Of a stretch of DNA of 42,838 nt, positions 1 through 9,599 are shown piece by piece. The stretch is taken from contig JBNLDK010000070.1 in NCBI GenBank assembly GCA_050304295.1, positions 1 through 42,838 on the forward strand. The letters run 5' to 3'. The notes under the pieces are model-generated. The model saw only the letters and a program-made list of their open reading frames with translations, had not been told where the DNA came from and made no database searches. The position numbers and the translations under genes are program-made. Positions within the stretch are counted from its first letter, which is position 1; each line of letters begins with the position of its first letter. Source of the DNA: Polyangiaceae bacterium. Lineage in GTDB: Bacteria > Myxococcota_A > Polyangia > Polyangiales > Polyangiaceae.

Positions 1-39
1 CGTCTGCCCGACACATTCCGGCTGTTTCTGAGGGGGCTT
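1..39. repeat. Copy A of a 39-nt direct repeat (38/39 identical to 36313..36351). Includes a perfect GC hairpin GGGGGC-TTG-GCCCCC at 32..46.
   Basis: Direct comparison of the two loci: cgtctgcccgacacattccggctgKttctgagggggctt with one mismatch at repeat position 25. Copy A is cut by the window edge and may extend leftwards. Confidence 0.8.
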
Positions 40-81
40 GGCCCCCAACCCGCTCGCGTGATGGGCAACCGCGGCCACCCA

Positions 82-2868
82 TCAGGGGCGCTCGAGCGCC
101 CCCAGGTCGGCGCGCGCTCCCACCACGCGGCTCCGTCCCGCCAGATCTACCGGCAGCACCTCGCTCACGTCACCGTCGCCGTCGAGGTCCCAGTCGTCCA
201 CGGGCAGCAGCGCGGGGGCGATGGCATCCACGCACGCTGATCCGGACGCCAGCTCGAGCTGCGCGAGGATGTCCGCCGGGAGCGTCACGACCTCGAAGGG
301 GCTCCCCGTCAGACCCACGTTCGTGCCCGTGGCAGCGGCCGCGTCCAGACAGGTCCGCTGGAACGTCGCCGTCCCCACGCCGCTGGTCAGCGTCGCGGTC
401 GGGGTCGAATCGCTCCAGAACACGGACTGGCTCGCGAGAAACGCTCCAGCACCTGGTTCGACGTCGTCGACGAGGTGCACGATCGCGCCCTCCACCTCCG
501 CCGCCCAATGCGCTGCCGTGACGTTGTGGAACTCCACCGGGAAGCGCGCCAGCACCAGCCCGCCGCGTCCGGACCGATCAGCGTGGTCCGGATCGGTGTC
601 GGTGGCGGAGGCGTTGCGGATCGCACTCTGGATGACGTGAACGTGACGCTGCGCGAACAGGAACCCGCCGGAGGCCGCCGTCTGGCCATCGAACGTGCAC
701 TGCACGAGCTGAACGGGCTGCGTGTCGTTCACGTCGTAGTTGCTCTCCCCGGCCATCACCGCGCCTCCCCCCTCGTCAGCGGAGTTGCTCACGAACGTGC
801 CGCGAAGCACGTCGAAGATGCCCGAACCTGCGTGGATTGCCCCGCCGAACATCCCGGCCGAGTTCCCCTCGAAGCTGCTGTCCTCGATCGTCACGTCCAC
901 GTGCCGTGTGCTGATCGCTCCTCCGAACGAGTTCGCGTGACTTGCCTCGAACGTGCAGCCACGAATGGCAATCACGTCGCCGTTCACGTTGGGGCCGCGC
1001 ACCTCGATGGCTCCACCGTAGCCGCGCGCCACGTTGTCGGTGAAGGTGCAGCCTTCGATCGCGGCGCTCGAACCACCGTAGAGCGAAAGGGCAGCGCCAT
1101 GCCCCCCCGAGGTACTCGTCACGTACCCGGTGTCACGACCAGCGCGGTTCCCGTCGAAGAGCGTGTCGCTGATCGTCGCCGTGACCCGTTCGCCATAGAC
1201 GGCCGCGCCATGCCCTCCGGACAGGTCGGTGCACTCGTTCCGGGTGAAGGTACTCCCCACGATGCTGAGTGTCAGATCGTACGCCCCGATGGCTCCGCCA
1301 TCCGTGCTGGTGTGATCGTCGTCGAACGTCGAGTTCTCCACCAGCAGGCTGCCCCCCTCCGCGAGGAGCGCGCCGTCGAAGCGCACGCCCCGCACGGTCG
1401 AGCCCGTGACGGTGAGATCCGTGTCGAAGGCCTCCAGACGCGCTTCCACGATCGTCGTATCGCGCACCGTCGCCGTGCTCCGGTGCAGGGACAGCGAGTA
1501 GCCACTGTACGTCTCGAGCCACACGTCGTCGACGAGGAGCGCTGCGTCCTCGACCAGCAACCCACCCAGTGAGTTGTCGAACGAGCTGTCGTTCACGACC
1601 AGTGTCCCGCCCGTCGTGTGAACCGCCCCGCCGCCGAGAGTGCTGCCCTGGGGGGTCGTCATGTCGAAGGTCACCTGGGCCAGCGTCAGCTGGCCGGCGT
1701 GGTGGCGCACTCCCGACCCGTACCCCACGGGCCCTTCTGGCGCCCCACCACGGATGGTCACGCCATCGACGACCGCCCCGCTGCCGCCATCCGGCACCGT
1801 CACGACGTGGTAAGCGTCGCCCCGCTGGTTCCAGCTCGACGGGTAGGTGTGGCTGTTGTTCCGATCGGCATCGCCGTCGAGGATGGTTCGGTGGCCAGCG
1901 ACGTTTCGGTCGTCGAACAGGCTCTCGTTCCCGGCGAAGCCACCGTAGACCCCCACGTCCGGCGGGATCGTGAAGGTCTCCTCCCGGGTGGTGCCGGTGT
2001 AGTACCGACCCTCCGCGACCCAGATTGCGTCACCGGCCGCGGCCACGGCCAGAGCGTCGTGCAGGTCGTCGAACGCAGTACTCCAGCACTGTCCATCACC
2101 CCCGGGAGCCGCGTCGATGTCGACGAACAGAAGTTGCGGGAACAGGTCGGTACACCGCCCGTTGTTGCTCGCCCACCCACAAGGGCAGTGACAGGTGTAG
2201 GGGACACCGAGGTTCTCCTCGCAGGTCCCCGGGGTGCAGGGGTTGCCCGTGCACGACTCGCCCGGCGACGTGCCGCCACCACCCCCCGCAGCCATTCCCC
2301 CGGCACCTGCACCCCCGGCGGTGATCGAGCCAGCAGCGCCCCCCGCCTCGAAACCTCCGGTGGGCGAGCCGCCAGCGAGTGAGCCACCGGTCGGAGCCTC
2401 CCCACCCGTCGGCGCACCTGCGCTGGGCGCCCCGCCCACCAGGCGGCCACCCTCGCCAGCGAGGGCTCCACCAGAGCTCACTCCACCCGCCCCCGCGGGC
2501 CAAGCCTCGCCACCGGTGCCAGCCCCGCCCGTGGTGCCAGCCCCGCCGGTGCCAGCCCCGCCGGTGCCAGCCCCACCGGTGACAACCCCACCGGTGCCAG
2601 CCCCGCCCGTGGTGCCAGCCCCACCGGTGCCAGCCCCACCGGTGCCAGCCCCACCGGTGCCAGCCCCGCCCGTGGGGATGCCACCCGTGAACGTTCCACC
2701 CGTCACGGCGCCGCCTGTGCCCCCTTCGCCTCCGGTGCTCGCGCTACTGCCCGTCGCCTCCGGCCAGGCCCGCGCCCCCTCGTCGTTCAGCCCGCACGCC
2801 GCCAGCAGCAACAGGCAAGCCGCCGCGCCCAGGAAGTGAGTGGACGTTCTCGGTACGTCGCGCTGCAT
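82..2868 (-). CDS. Secreted lipoprotein with a (TGGAG)n Gly/Thr-rich linker, an EGF-like Cys-rich module and right-handed parallel beta-helix (PbH1-type, pectin-lyase-fold) repeats.
   Basis: I place the start at the internal ATG (2868) that begins MQRDVPRTSTHFLGAAACLLLLAACG, a lipobox signal, preceded by GGGAG 5 nt upstream. The track ORF extends to 3048 with no signal peptide. Repeated GGAI/NSxGxxGGAI beta-helix motifs. Cys-rich CTGNPCTPGTCEEN...CHCPCGW. Confidence 0.7.
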   Translation of the reverse strand: MQRDVPRTSTHFLGAAACLLLLAACGLNDEGARAWPEATGSSASTGGEGGTGGAVTGGTFTGGIPTGGAGTGGAGTGGAGTGGAGTTGGAGTGGVVTGGAGTGGAGTGGAGTTGGAGTGGEAWPAGAGGVSSGGALAGEGGRLVGGAPSAGAPTGGEAPTGGSLAGGSPTGGFEAGGAAGSITAGGAGAGGMAAGGGGGTSPGESCTGNPCTPGTCEENLGVPYTCHCPCGWASNNGRCTDLFPQLLFVDIDAAPGGDGQCWSTAFDDLHDALAVAAAGDAIWVAEGRYYTGTTREETFTIPPDVGVYGGFAGNESLFDDRNVAGHRTILDGDADRNNSHTYPSSWNQRGDAYHVVTVPDGGSGAVVDGVTIRGGAPEGPVGYGSGVRHHAGQLTLAQVTFDMTTPQGSTLGGGAVHTTGGTLVVNDSSFDNSLGGLLVEDAALLVDDVWLETYSGYSLSLHRSTATVRDTTIVEARLEAFDTDLTVTGSTVRGVRFDGALLAEGGSLLVENSTFDDDHTSTDGGAIGAYDLTLSIVGSTFTRNECTDLSGGHGAAVYGERVTATISDTLFDGNRAGRDTGYVTSTSGGHGAALSLYGGSSAAIEGCTFTDNVARGYGGAIEVRGPNVNGDVIAIRGCTFEASHANSFGGAISTRHVDVTIEDSSFEGNSAGMFGGAIHAGSGIFDVLRGTFVSNSADEGGGAVMAGESNYDVNDTQPVQLVQCTFDGQTAASGGFLFAQRHVHVIQSAIRNASATDTDPDHADRSGRGGLVLARFPVEFHNVTAAHWAAEVEGAIVHLVDDVEPGAGAFLASQSVFWSDSTPTATLTSGVGTATFQRTCLDAAAATGTNVGLTGSPFEVVTLPADILAQLELASGSACVDAIAPALLPVDDWDLDGDGDVSEVLPVDLAGRSRVVGARADLGALERP
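2508..2680. repeat. Intragenic tandem array of about eleven 15-bp units (caccggtgccagccc) encoding (TGGAG)n in the lipoprotein linker.
   Basis: Seen directly in the DNA at 2511..2676. The unit length is a multiple of 3, so copy-number change would be in-frame. Confidence 0.8.
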
Positions 2869-3041
2869 GACTGCTCCCATCCTGGAGCCTGCCCCCCCCG
2901 TCGCGGGCGACTCCAGCAGAAAGGATACCATCGCCAGACCGCCCCATGTAGGGACCTCCAATGAAGGCTCGACAAAGCGGCCGCGGACACCGATGCTTCC
3001 AAGATCGGGCGTTGCGTCCGCCCGACGGGCAAAGGGAACGG

Positions 3042-6000
3042 ATGACACTCGACATTCTGAGAGCAGAACTGGAGCGACTATTCGAGCTCGAGCAATTGAC
3101 CGAGCTGAGCCAACGCACGCTCGGCCTCGATCTCGGCCAGGGCGGACACCGCACGAAGGGGTCCTTCGTCGCCGCGCTCCTCGCGCGCTGCGTCGAGGAC
3201 GATGCGATCGGCGCGCTGTGCGACGCTCTGGTGACGGCTCGCGAGGGGGTGGACCCGGAGGTCCAGGAGCTGCGCGCGCGGGGCTACCGTGCGGACCCGG
3301 CCATCAGGCCCGGGGCTCAGCTCGGTCCCTACCGGGTCGAAGCGCACCTCGGCACTGGGACGGCGTCGAGCGTGCTCGTAGTGCGACAAGGCGACGAGCG
3401 CTGGCGGATGAAGCTGATTCACTCGGCGGTGGCCGGGCATCGCGCCAGCGTCCAGCGATTCTTCGCGATGCAGCGTGCGGTGAAGGCGCTCGCGGCCCCT
3501 GGCTTGCCGACGGGTTTGCGCGTCGAGATGGTCGAGGGGCGCGCGGCGCTGCTGTCGGATCTGGTCGAGGGCCAGCCGCTGCGGCAGCGCCTGACGCCGG
3601 GAGAGCCGATCAAGCTACGCCAGGCATGGCCCCTCGTGAGAGCCCTGGTCGGGGCGGTGGCGAGCCTGCACAAGAACCGCCTCGTGCACGGAGGCATCTC
3701 CCCCGAGAACGTGCTGGTCCGGGCGACCAGCGGTGCCGATGACGCCCTGCTGCTCGACGCGGGTGCCCACCTGCTGCGGGTCGCGCCGGGGCTGGCAAGG
3801 CCGGGGGATCGCCTGGCGGAGGCGGTGGCGACTCGGTACGCAGCCCCGGAACAGCTGCGCGGCGAGCCACCCACGGCACGCAGCGACGTCTTCTCGCTCG
3901 GCGCCGTGCTCTACGAGCTACTCGCTGGTCGACCCGTCTTCGAGGGCGACGGGCTCGAGGCGCTGGTCGCACACTTCGGGGACGATCCCGAGCCGCTCAG
4001 CTTCGTCTCGCCCACCCGCTGGTTCGCCCCGGAGCTCGACGAGTTGCTCCTCAAGATGCTCGATCGCGATCCCGCCGAGCGCCCCATCGACGCGGAGGGG
4101 GTGCTCGACGTGCTCGAGATCGTGGCCGCCCAGTCCGTGCGCCTCGATGGCCAGTTTCCGAAAGACGAGCTCGCCCAGCTCACCGCGCGGCTCGTCGCTC
4201 ACCCCACGGATCACGAGACCGCGGGCGTGCTCGCCGCGTCGATCGAGCGCGGTGCCATGCCAGGCGAAGTCGCTGCCGCGTTTGTCCGCGCGGCGGAGCA
4301 ACTGGGGGACGACTCCGCGTCACGCGCGACGCGCCAGCGTTTGCTCACCCGAGCTGGCGTGATCTACGAGTCCAATGGCAACGACCCGCGGGCGGCGGTC
4401 GATTGCTACCGGGCACTGCTCGCGAGCAACCCGCAGGACGAGAACGCGCGAGCCGCGCTCGAGCGAATCTACCGGCACCAGGGCAACTACGAAGCCGCGG
4501 TGGAGCTGTTGCTCGAGACCGCGCAGAGCGAGCAGAGTCCCCCGATCCGAGGCCAGGCGTTCGCCAAGATGGGGCAGTTGCTCGCCAGCCGACTGGGCGA
4601 TTCCGAACAGGCGCTGTTCGCGTTCGCGCAAGCCTTCTGCCTGCAGCCGGAAGACTCGGCCCTGGTCGTCGAGATCGAGCGCCTGGCCGGGGCTCGCACC
4701 GAGGCCTGGCGGGAGGTGCTGACGACCCTGGCGGAAGGCGCTGCCGAGGACCTTCCGCCAGTGCACCAGAACCGGATCCTCGCCCAGCTCGCTCACTGGC
4801 AGACCGAGAAGCTGTCGCGGCCCGATCGAGCCCTCGCTTGCTACCAGCGGATCCTGAAAAATGATCCAGCCAGCGACATTGCGCTCAGCCGAACCGCCGA
4901 GATCTTGCGGCGTGCGCAGCAGTGGCGCGAGCTCGGCGACGTCCTGCTCCGCCGGGCTGATGCAGCGGTCGTTCCGGCGCGGGCCCGGGATCTGCGCGTC
5001 GAAGCCGCGCAACTCCTCGAGGAACGGCTCGACAACGTGCCGAGCGCCATTCGCCTCTACGAACAGGTATTCGCAGACGATCCGTCGCATGCCGGGGCGG
5101 GAGAGGCGCTGGCACGCCTGCACGCCGCGGCGGGCAATCACGCGGCGGTCGCCCGCATACTCGAGCAGCGCATCGCCGCCACCACCGGGGAGCAGGCATG
5201 GGCACTGCGCTGTCGACTCGCGGAGCTCCAACTGGCGCGCCTGGGCCAACCGGACGCGGCAGCGAAGCAGCACGAGCTCGTGCTGCGCGAGAGCCCAGGT
5301 CATCCGGGGGCGCTGCGCGGGCTCGAGCGAATCTACCTGGACCAGGAGCGCCACGCGGAGCTGGTGCAAAACCTCGAGACTCAGGTTTCCGTGGCGGTGA
5401 CCGCGCGCCAGAAGATCCGCCTCCTGGAACGCATCGCGACCATCCAGCAGGACGAGTTTCGCGACCTCGACATGGCAGCGGAGGCGTACCGCCGCATCAC
5501 GGAGATCGATCCCGATCACGCCGATGCACGAGCTCGCACCATCGAGTGTCTGACGTCGCGCGAGCGCTGGCCGAAGCTGGCAGAGTTTTACGAGCAGCAG
5601 GCGGAGACCGCCCAGGGCAGCGCACGCATCGACGTGCTGGTCGCCCTCGGTGAGCTGAGGCACCGTCATCTGGCCGACGCGCCGCGCGCCCTCGAAGCGT
5701 TCGAGGCGGTGCTCGCCATCGACCCGAAGCACCGGGTCGCACTGGGTGCGGTGGCCAGCATCCAGGCAGCAGCCGGTGACGACGACCAGGCGCTGGCCGC
5801 CATGGCCCGACTCGCCGACGAAGCCGGGAGTCCCGAGAGCCAGTCGGTCCACCTGATGCACGCTGCCAGGATCCTCGAGCGCAAGGGGGATCTCGACGGC
5901 GTGGTCGAACTCTGCAAGCGCGCGCTCGATGGCGACCCCGACGATGCCACCGCGGCGGAGCTGCTGCGTTCGACCTACGTCAAGCAAGGGGAGGTCCAGG

Positions 6001-8393
6001 TCGCGATCGAGTTGCTGGAGCGCGAGATTGGCCGGCGCGGCGGACGTGCCCGCGCCCAGCTGTGCGTCGAGCTGGCCGAGCTGTTCCGCACTTGCCTCCA
6101 CGACGCCAGTCGTGCCGAAGGAGCGCTCGCGCGGGCCCTCGAGTACGATCCCACCCACCTGCCCGCCCGCGCCCTGCAGGCCAGCATCACCTATGAATCG
6201 GGGCGGTACGACGAGGCCCTCCCCCACCTCGAGTTTGCGGTGCGCCGCCACGAGAGACTCGAGGCCGCGGACGCCGCAACGGTGACCGAGCGCTACCTCG
6301 ACACTCTGCGCCGGGTCGGCGAAGTCGAGCGGGCCCTGCAAGCCGCGGAAGACCTCGCCGCGCGCGCGCCGGACGCGCTCGACGTACTGATGCGCATCGC
6401 CGAGTTCTTCGCCCGGCATGCCCCGGCCGAGCGAGCGCGCGAGTTCGGCCGCGATTTGCTCGAGCGCTTCGGCGACCAGGTCGACAACCAGCGACGAGCG
6501 TCACTGCTCTGCAGCGTGGGTCGTGCGGCCTACCGCGCCGAGCAATTCGAAGAGGCGATCGCTCCGCTCGAGGAGGCCATCGCCCTGAGCCCCGCCTGTG
6601 CGCCCGCCATCCAGATCCTGGTGGAGGTGCGGCGCGCCCAGGAGCGGTGGCCGGAGGTGGCCGCCGCCATGCAGCGGCAGCTCGAGCTGGTCACGGGTGA
6701 CGACCGCGTCGACCTGCTCGCCGCCCTCGGCGATTTGCAGGCGGGCGAGCTCGACGACGCGGAGTCGGCCACCCAGAGCTACCTCGCAGCGGTCGCCGAG
6801 CGGCCCGGCGACCGCAAGCTGATGATCAAGCTGATGCAGCTCTACGGCAGCCAGGAGCAGTGGGGGGACCTCGTCGATGCGATCATCAGGCTGGCTGGGC
6901 TCGTCGATGATGGGCCCCGCAAGGCCAAGTACCTGCAGACCGCCGCCCGTGTGGTGGAACGGGAACTCGGCGACGCCGAACGCGCCGTGTGGCTGTTGAA
7001 CCAGGCCATCAAGGCCGACCCCAGCGTCGAGGACGCAGTGGTGCAGGCGCTGAGTCTGCACCGCTCCTTGGATGATCTCGAGGGGGCGCAGCGTCTGCTC
7101 GAGGCGCAGGTGCGCGCCGCGTCGGACGCGGGCGACCGCGAGCGGGCGATTCGCTTCGCGGAAGAGCTCGCCGACCTGCACCTGTCCGAGCTACGCGTGG
7201 ACGACGCGATCGAGGTCTACGAAGCCGTGCAGCGCATCGACCCGGGCCACCCACGGCTGCAGGAGCTGCTCGCCGAGCTCTACGTGTCGGATCCGACGCG
7301 CTATCTGGCCCGAGCCGTCGAAGCGCAGGAGAGGATCCTCGCCACCGATCCGTACCGACCCGATGCGTACCGGTTGCTGCGCCAGGTCTACGTGGGGGCG
7401 AAACGTCCGGACGCGGTCTGGTGCGTCACCCAGGTACTGACGGTGCTGCACCGAGCCTCCACCCCGGAAGAGCTGTTCTTCAAGCGAAACCGTCGACCAC
7501 ACGGCCTCAAGACGAACGTCACCCTCAACGAGCGGGACTGGTCCCACCTGGTCGCTCACCCATCGCTCGACCGCCGTCTGACCGACGTCATGGCGTCGCT
7601 GCAGTCCGCACTCATCGCTGCCCGGGCCATCCAGCCCGAACAGTTGGGACTTGGCGAGGAGACGCGCATCAGCGTCGAGCGCCGGCCCTACGGGATGGTC
7701 CTGGCGTTCGATCTTGCCGCGCGCATGCTGGGGATGCCGACGCCCCGGCTCCATCTGGCGGAGGGGGCCACCCGCGCGGTGAGCCTGCAACCGATGCAAC
7801 CGCTCGGCTTGATTCTCGGTCCGACCGCGCTCGACCCGAAGATCTCGGCGCGGCACGCCGCGTTCCTGGCCGCCTATCACCTGGTGAGCCTGCGGCCCGG
7901 ACCTGCCATGCGCTACCTCGTGCCCAACCCGATCGCGCTCAAGGCGTGGGTGCTCGCTTCCATCAAGCTGGTCTCCCCCCGCATTCCGATCGCGCCGCAG
8001 CTCGAGGGGGCCGTCGACTCCGCCCATCGAACCCTCTCCGAACGGATCACCGGGGCGGCCCTCGACCGCCTCGTCGCCCCCGTGCACCAGATGCTGAGCG
8101 AGGGGGGCCAGCTCGACATCGGCAAGTGGATGGCCGCGGTGGATCACACGGCCGATCGGGTCGGCTTCATCGCGTGCGACGACCTCGAGACCGCCCTGGG
8201 TGTCCTCGAGGCGGCGCAGCAGATCGACGTCGAGCTAGCCGCCGCCGACCGCGCCCGCCAGCTGCTGCTATACTCGGTCAGTCGACAGTACATCGAGCTC
8301 CGTGAGCGCCTGCAGATGGGCATCGACTGGCGCGAGACGAACGTGGAAGAAGTGGCGCTCGACGAGCTGCTCGAGGACGCGCCCGTCAGGTAG
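3042..8393 (+). CDS. Ser/Thr protein kinase-like protein (probable pseudokinase). It has an N-terminal kinase fold, about 750 aa of TPR repeats and a roughly 400-aa C-terminal region of unknown function.
   Basis: Kinase subdomain motifs are present: LGTGTASSV (Gly loop), RMKLI (Lys), YAAPEQL (APE) and DVFSLGAVLYELLAGRPVF. The catalytic loop reads LVHGGISPENVLV where HRDLKPEN is expected, and DFG is DAG. The ATG at 3042 (MTLDIL) is preferred over the track start at 2961 because it overlaps the divergent lipoprotein gene less and has AGGGAA upstream. Confidence 0.75.
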   Translation: MTLDILRAELERLFELEQLTELSQRTLGLDLGQGGHRTKGSFVAALLARCVEDDAIGALCDALVTAREGVDPEVQELRARGYRADPAIRPGAQLGPYRVEAHLGTGTASSVLVVRQGDERWRMKLIHSAVAGHRASVQRFFAMQRAVKALAAPGLPTGLRVEMVEGRAALLSDLVEGQPLRQRLTPGEPIKLRQAWPLVRALVGAVASLHKNRLVHGGISPENVLVRATSGADDALLLDAGAHLLRVAPGLARPGDRLAEAVATRYAAPEQLRGEPPTARSDVFSLGAVLYELLAGRPVFEGDGLEALVAHFGDDPEPLSFVSPTRWFAPELDELLLKMLDRDPAERPIDAEGVLDVLEIVAAQSVRLDGQFPKDELAQLTARLVAHPTDHETAGVLAASIERGAMPGEVAAAFVRAAEQLGDDSASRATRQRLLTRAGVIYESNGNDPRAAVDCYRALLASNPQDENARAALERIYRHQGNYEAAVELLLETAQSEQSPPIRGQAFAKMGQLLASRLGDSEQALFAFAQAFCLQPEDSALVVEIERLAGARTEAWREVLTTLAEGAAEDLPPVHQNRILAQLAHWQTEKLSRPDRALACYQRILKNDPASDIALSRTAEILRRAQQWRELGDVLLRRADAAVVPARARDLRVEAAQLLEERLDNVPSAIRLYEQVFADDPSHAGAGEALARLHAAAGNHAAVARILEQRIAATTGEQAWALRCRLAELQLARLGQPDAAAKQHELVLRESPGHPGALRGLERIYLDQERHAELVQNLETQVSVAVTARQKIRLLERIATIQQDEFRDLDMAAEAYRRITEIDPDHADARARTIECLTSRERWPKLAEFYEQQAETAQGSARIDVLVALGELRHRHLADAPRALEAFEAVLAIDPKHRVALGAVASIQAAAGDDDQALAAMARLADEAGSPESQSVHLMHAARILERKGDLDGVVELCKRALDGDPDDATAAELLRSTYVKQGEVQVAIELLEREIGRRGGRARAQLCVELAELFRTCLHDASRAEGALARALEYDPTHLPARALQASITYESGRYDEALPHLEFAVRRHERLEAADAATVTERYLDTLRRVGEVERALQAAEDLAARAPDALDVLMRIAEFFARHAPAERAREFGRDLLERFGDQVDNQRRASLLCSVGRAAYRAEQFEEAIAPLEEAIALSPACAPAIQILVEVRRAQERWPEVAAAMQRQLELVTGDDRVDLLAALGDLQAGELDDAESATQSYLAAVAERPGDRKLMIKLMQLYGSQEQWGDLVDAIIRLAGLVDDGPRKAKYLQTAARVVERELGDAERAVWLLNQAIKADPSVEDAVVQALSLHRSLDDLEGAQRLLEAQVRAASDAGDRERAIRFAEELADLHLSELRVDDAIEVYEAVQRIDPGHPRLQELLAELYVSDPTRYLARAVEAQERILATDPYRPDAYRLLRQVYVGAKRPDAVWCVTQVLTVLHRASTPEELFFKRNRRPHGLKTNVTLNERDWSHLVAHPSLDRRLTDVMASLQSALIAARAIQPEQLGLGEETRISVERRPYGMVLAFDLAARMLGMPTPRLHLAEGATRAVSLQPMQPLGLILGPTALDPKISARHAAFLAAYHLVSLRPGPAMRYLVPNPIALKAWVLASIKLVSPRIPIAPQLEGAVDSAHRTLSERITGAALDRLVAPVHQMLSEGGQLDIGKWMAAVDHTADRVGFIACDDLETALGVLEAAQQIDVELAAADRARQLLLYSVSRQYIELRERLQMGIDWRETNVEEVALDELLEDAPVR

Positions 8394-9225
8394 GACCGCC
8401 CGAGCTACCGGACGCGCCGCCATCCCACGGGATGCCGTACACCCCCGCGGCCCCGAACCACTCGGCCCCTTCGCCGCCCGCACCTGGATTGCCGCTGGAG
8501 CCACCCTGCGCCGCCCCCCCCAGCTCGGTGGGCAGCGCTCCCCCGTAGACGCCGCCGTTCGTGCTCGGTGGCCAGCCTCCTTGCGGTTCGCCGGCGGTGC
8601 CACCCAGTTGCGGCTCGCCTCCCGCGCCACCCGTTCGGTAGATGCCACCGGTCGGGTTGCCACCCATGCCCCAGTATCCCCCGAGGGGAGCTGAATAGAT
8701 CCCTCCGCTTCCGGGTTCCCATCCACCGGTACTGCCGCCGACCGGCCCCGGGTCGGCGCCGCCAGCACCGCCGGAATACGGGACGCCATACATGCCCCCC
8801 AGCCCGTCGAGACCCGTGCACGCCGCGGTCTCCGCGCAGTCGCTGTCGTCACAGTCGCCGCGACCATCGCGATCGTTGTCGACGCCGTCGGTGCACTCCT
8901 CGGTGCAGTCGCCACTCGTGCACTCGCTCGCGGCGGTGGACGTGCCCCCACAGGCCCCCACCAGCGCTCCGAACAGTCCCACCGCGACCGGCGCGCTCAC
9001 CTGTCGGCGCCACGCAGCCCAGGGAGTCACCGGCCGCGCAGCTCCGAGCTGATCCGCAACGTCGGCGAGGAACGTTCTGAGGGTCTCAGGATCAATGTGT
9101 GCCAAATGTGCCTCCGGGAGTTCGGCTCCGGCCGAGCGGTGGAGCAAGGATCGGACCAACGAGCACTGGCCCACTTCGGTGCTCTGAATCAAGGATTTCT
9201 GGCCCCAGTGGACGTGGAATGGCAC
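8386..9225 (-). CDS. Single-pass membrane protein with a MopE-like Cys/Asp-rich putative metal-binding motif and a Gly-rich GGxY/GGxxGG repetitive ectodomain.
   Basis: TM/signal-anchor VSAPVAVGLFGALVGACGG after a cytoplasmic N-terminus of about 75 aa. The motif CTDGVDNDRDGRGDCDDSDC resembles the myxobacterial MopE-type repeat. Start is GTG at 9225, so the 5' end is uncertain. The 3' end overlaps the kinase-like gene convergently by 8 nt. Confidence 0.5.
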   Translation of the reverse strand: MPFHVHWGQKSLIQSTEVGQCSLVRSLLHRSAGAELPEAHLAHIDPETLRTFLADVADQLGAARPVTPWAAWRRQVSAPVAVGLFGALVGACGGTSTAASECTSGDCTEECTDGVDNDRDGRGDCDDSDCAETAACTGLDGLGGMYGVPYSGGAGGADPGPVGGSTGGWEPGSGGIYSAPLGGYWGMGGNPTGGIYRTGGAGGEPQLGGTAGEPQGGWPPSTNGGVYGGALPTELGGAAQGGSSGNPGAGGEGAEWFGAAGVYGIPWDGGASGSSGGPT

Positions 9226-9514
9226 TGCGCGGCGCTTCGATTCCGGGTTCCCGCTCGAACGTGGACCATCCCATGGCCCACTCCCCTGGGGCCCCTACTT
9301 GCGCCACGTGTCCCGCAGGTGGCACGCCCCGACAAGCTCGCCGCCAGCGCGCCACCTGTGCCGCGTCGACCGCTGCGTCGGCCACTGCGCGACCAGGGTG
9401 CCGACATGCCGCGGCGCGCTCCCCTCACCGGACCAACCGACACTCCGATCTTCCGTGCGCGCGAGCTCCAGTCGGTTCCACCAGCCCGAGCGGAGTCGGC
9501 AACACCAGGGCCAT

Positions 9515-9550
9515 CTCGGATGTAAGTATCTGGAACTAAATATAAATAGC
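9515..9550. promoter_or_regulatory. Isolated AT-rich island in GC-rich DNA. It carries a TATAAAT -10-like box on the plus strand and TATTTAT on the minus strand, so it could serve as a promoter in either direction.
   Basis: The stretch ggatgtaagtatctggaactaaatataaatagctaacc is a sharp compositional outlier. It lies about 300 bp upstream of the 8386..9225 gene start. Confidence 0.3.
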
Positions 9551-9599
9551 TAACCGGGTCCGCGCCCGATCCGCACCGGGGGCGGGGCCGATCCTTGGT

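Noticed and set aside
9525-9550. A sigma-54 promoter (TGGAAC-N5-...).
   Set aside because: A GG element is present, but there is no TTGC/GC -12 element at the required 10-nt spacing.
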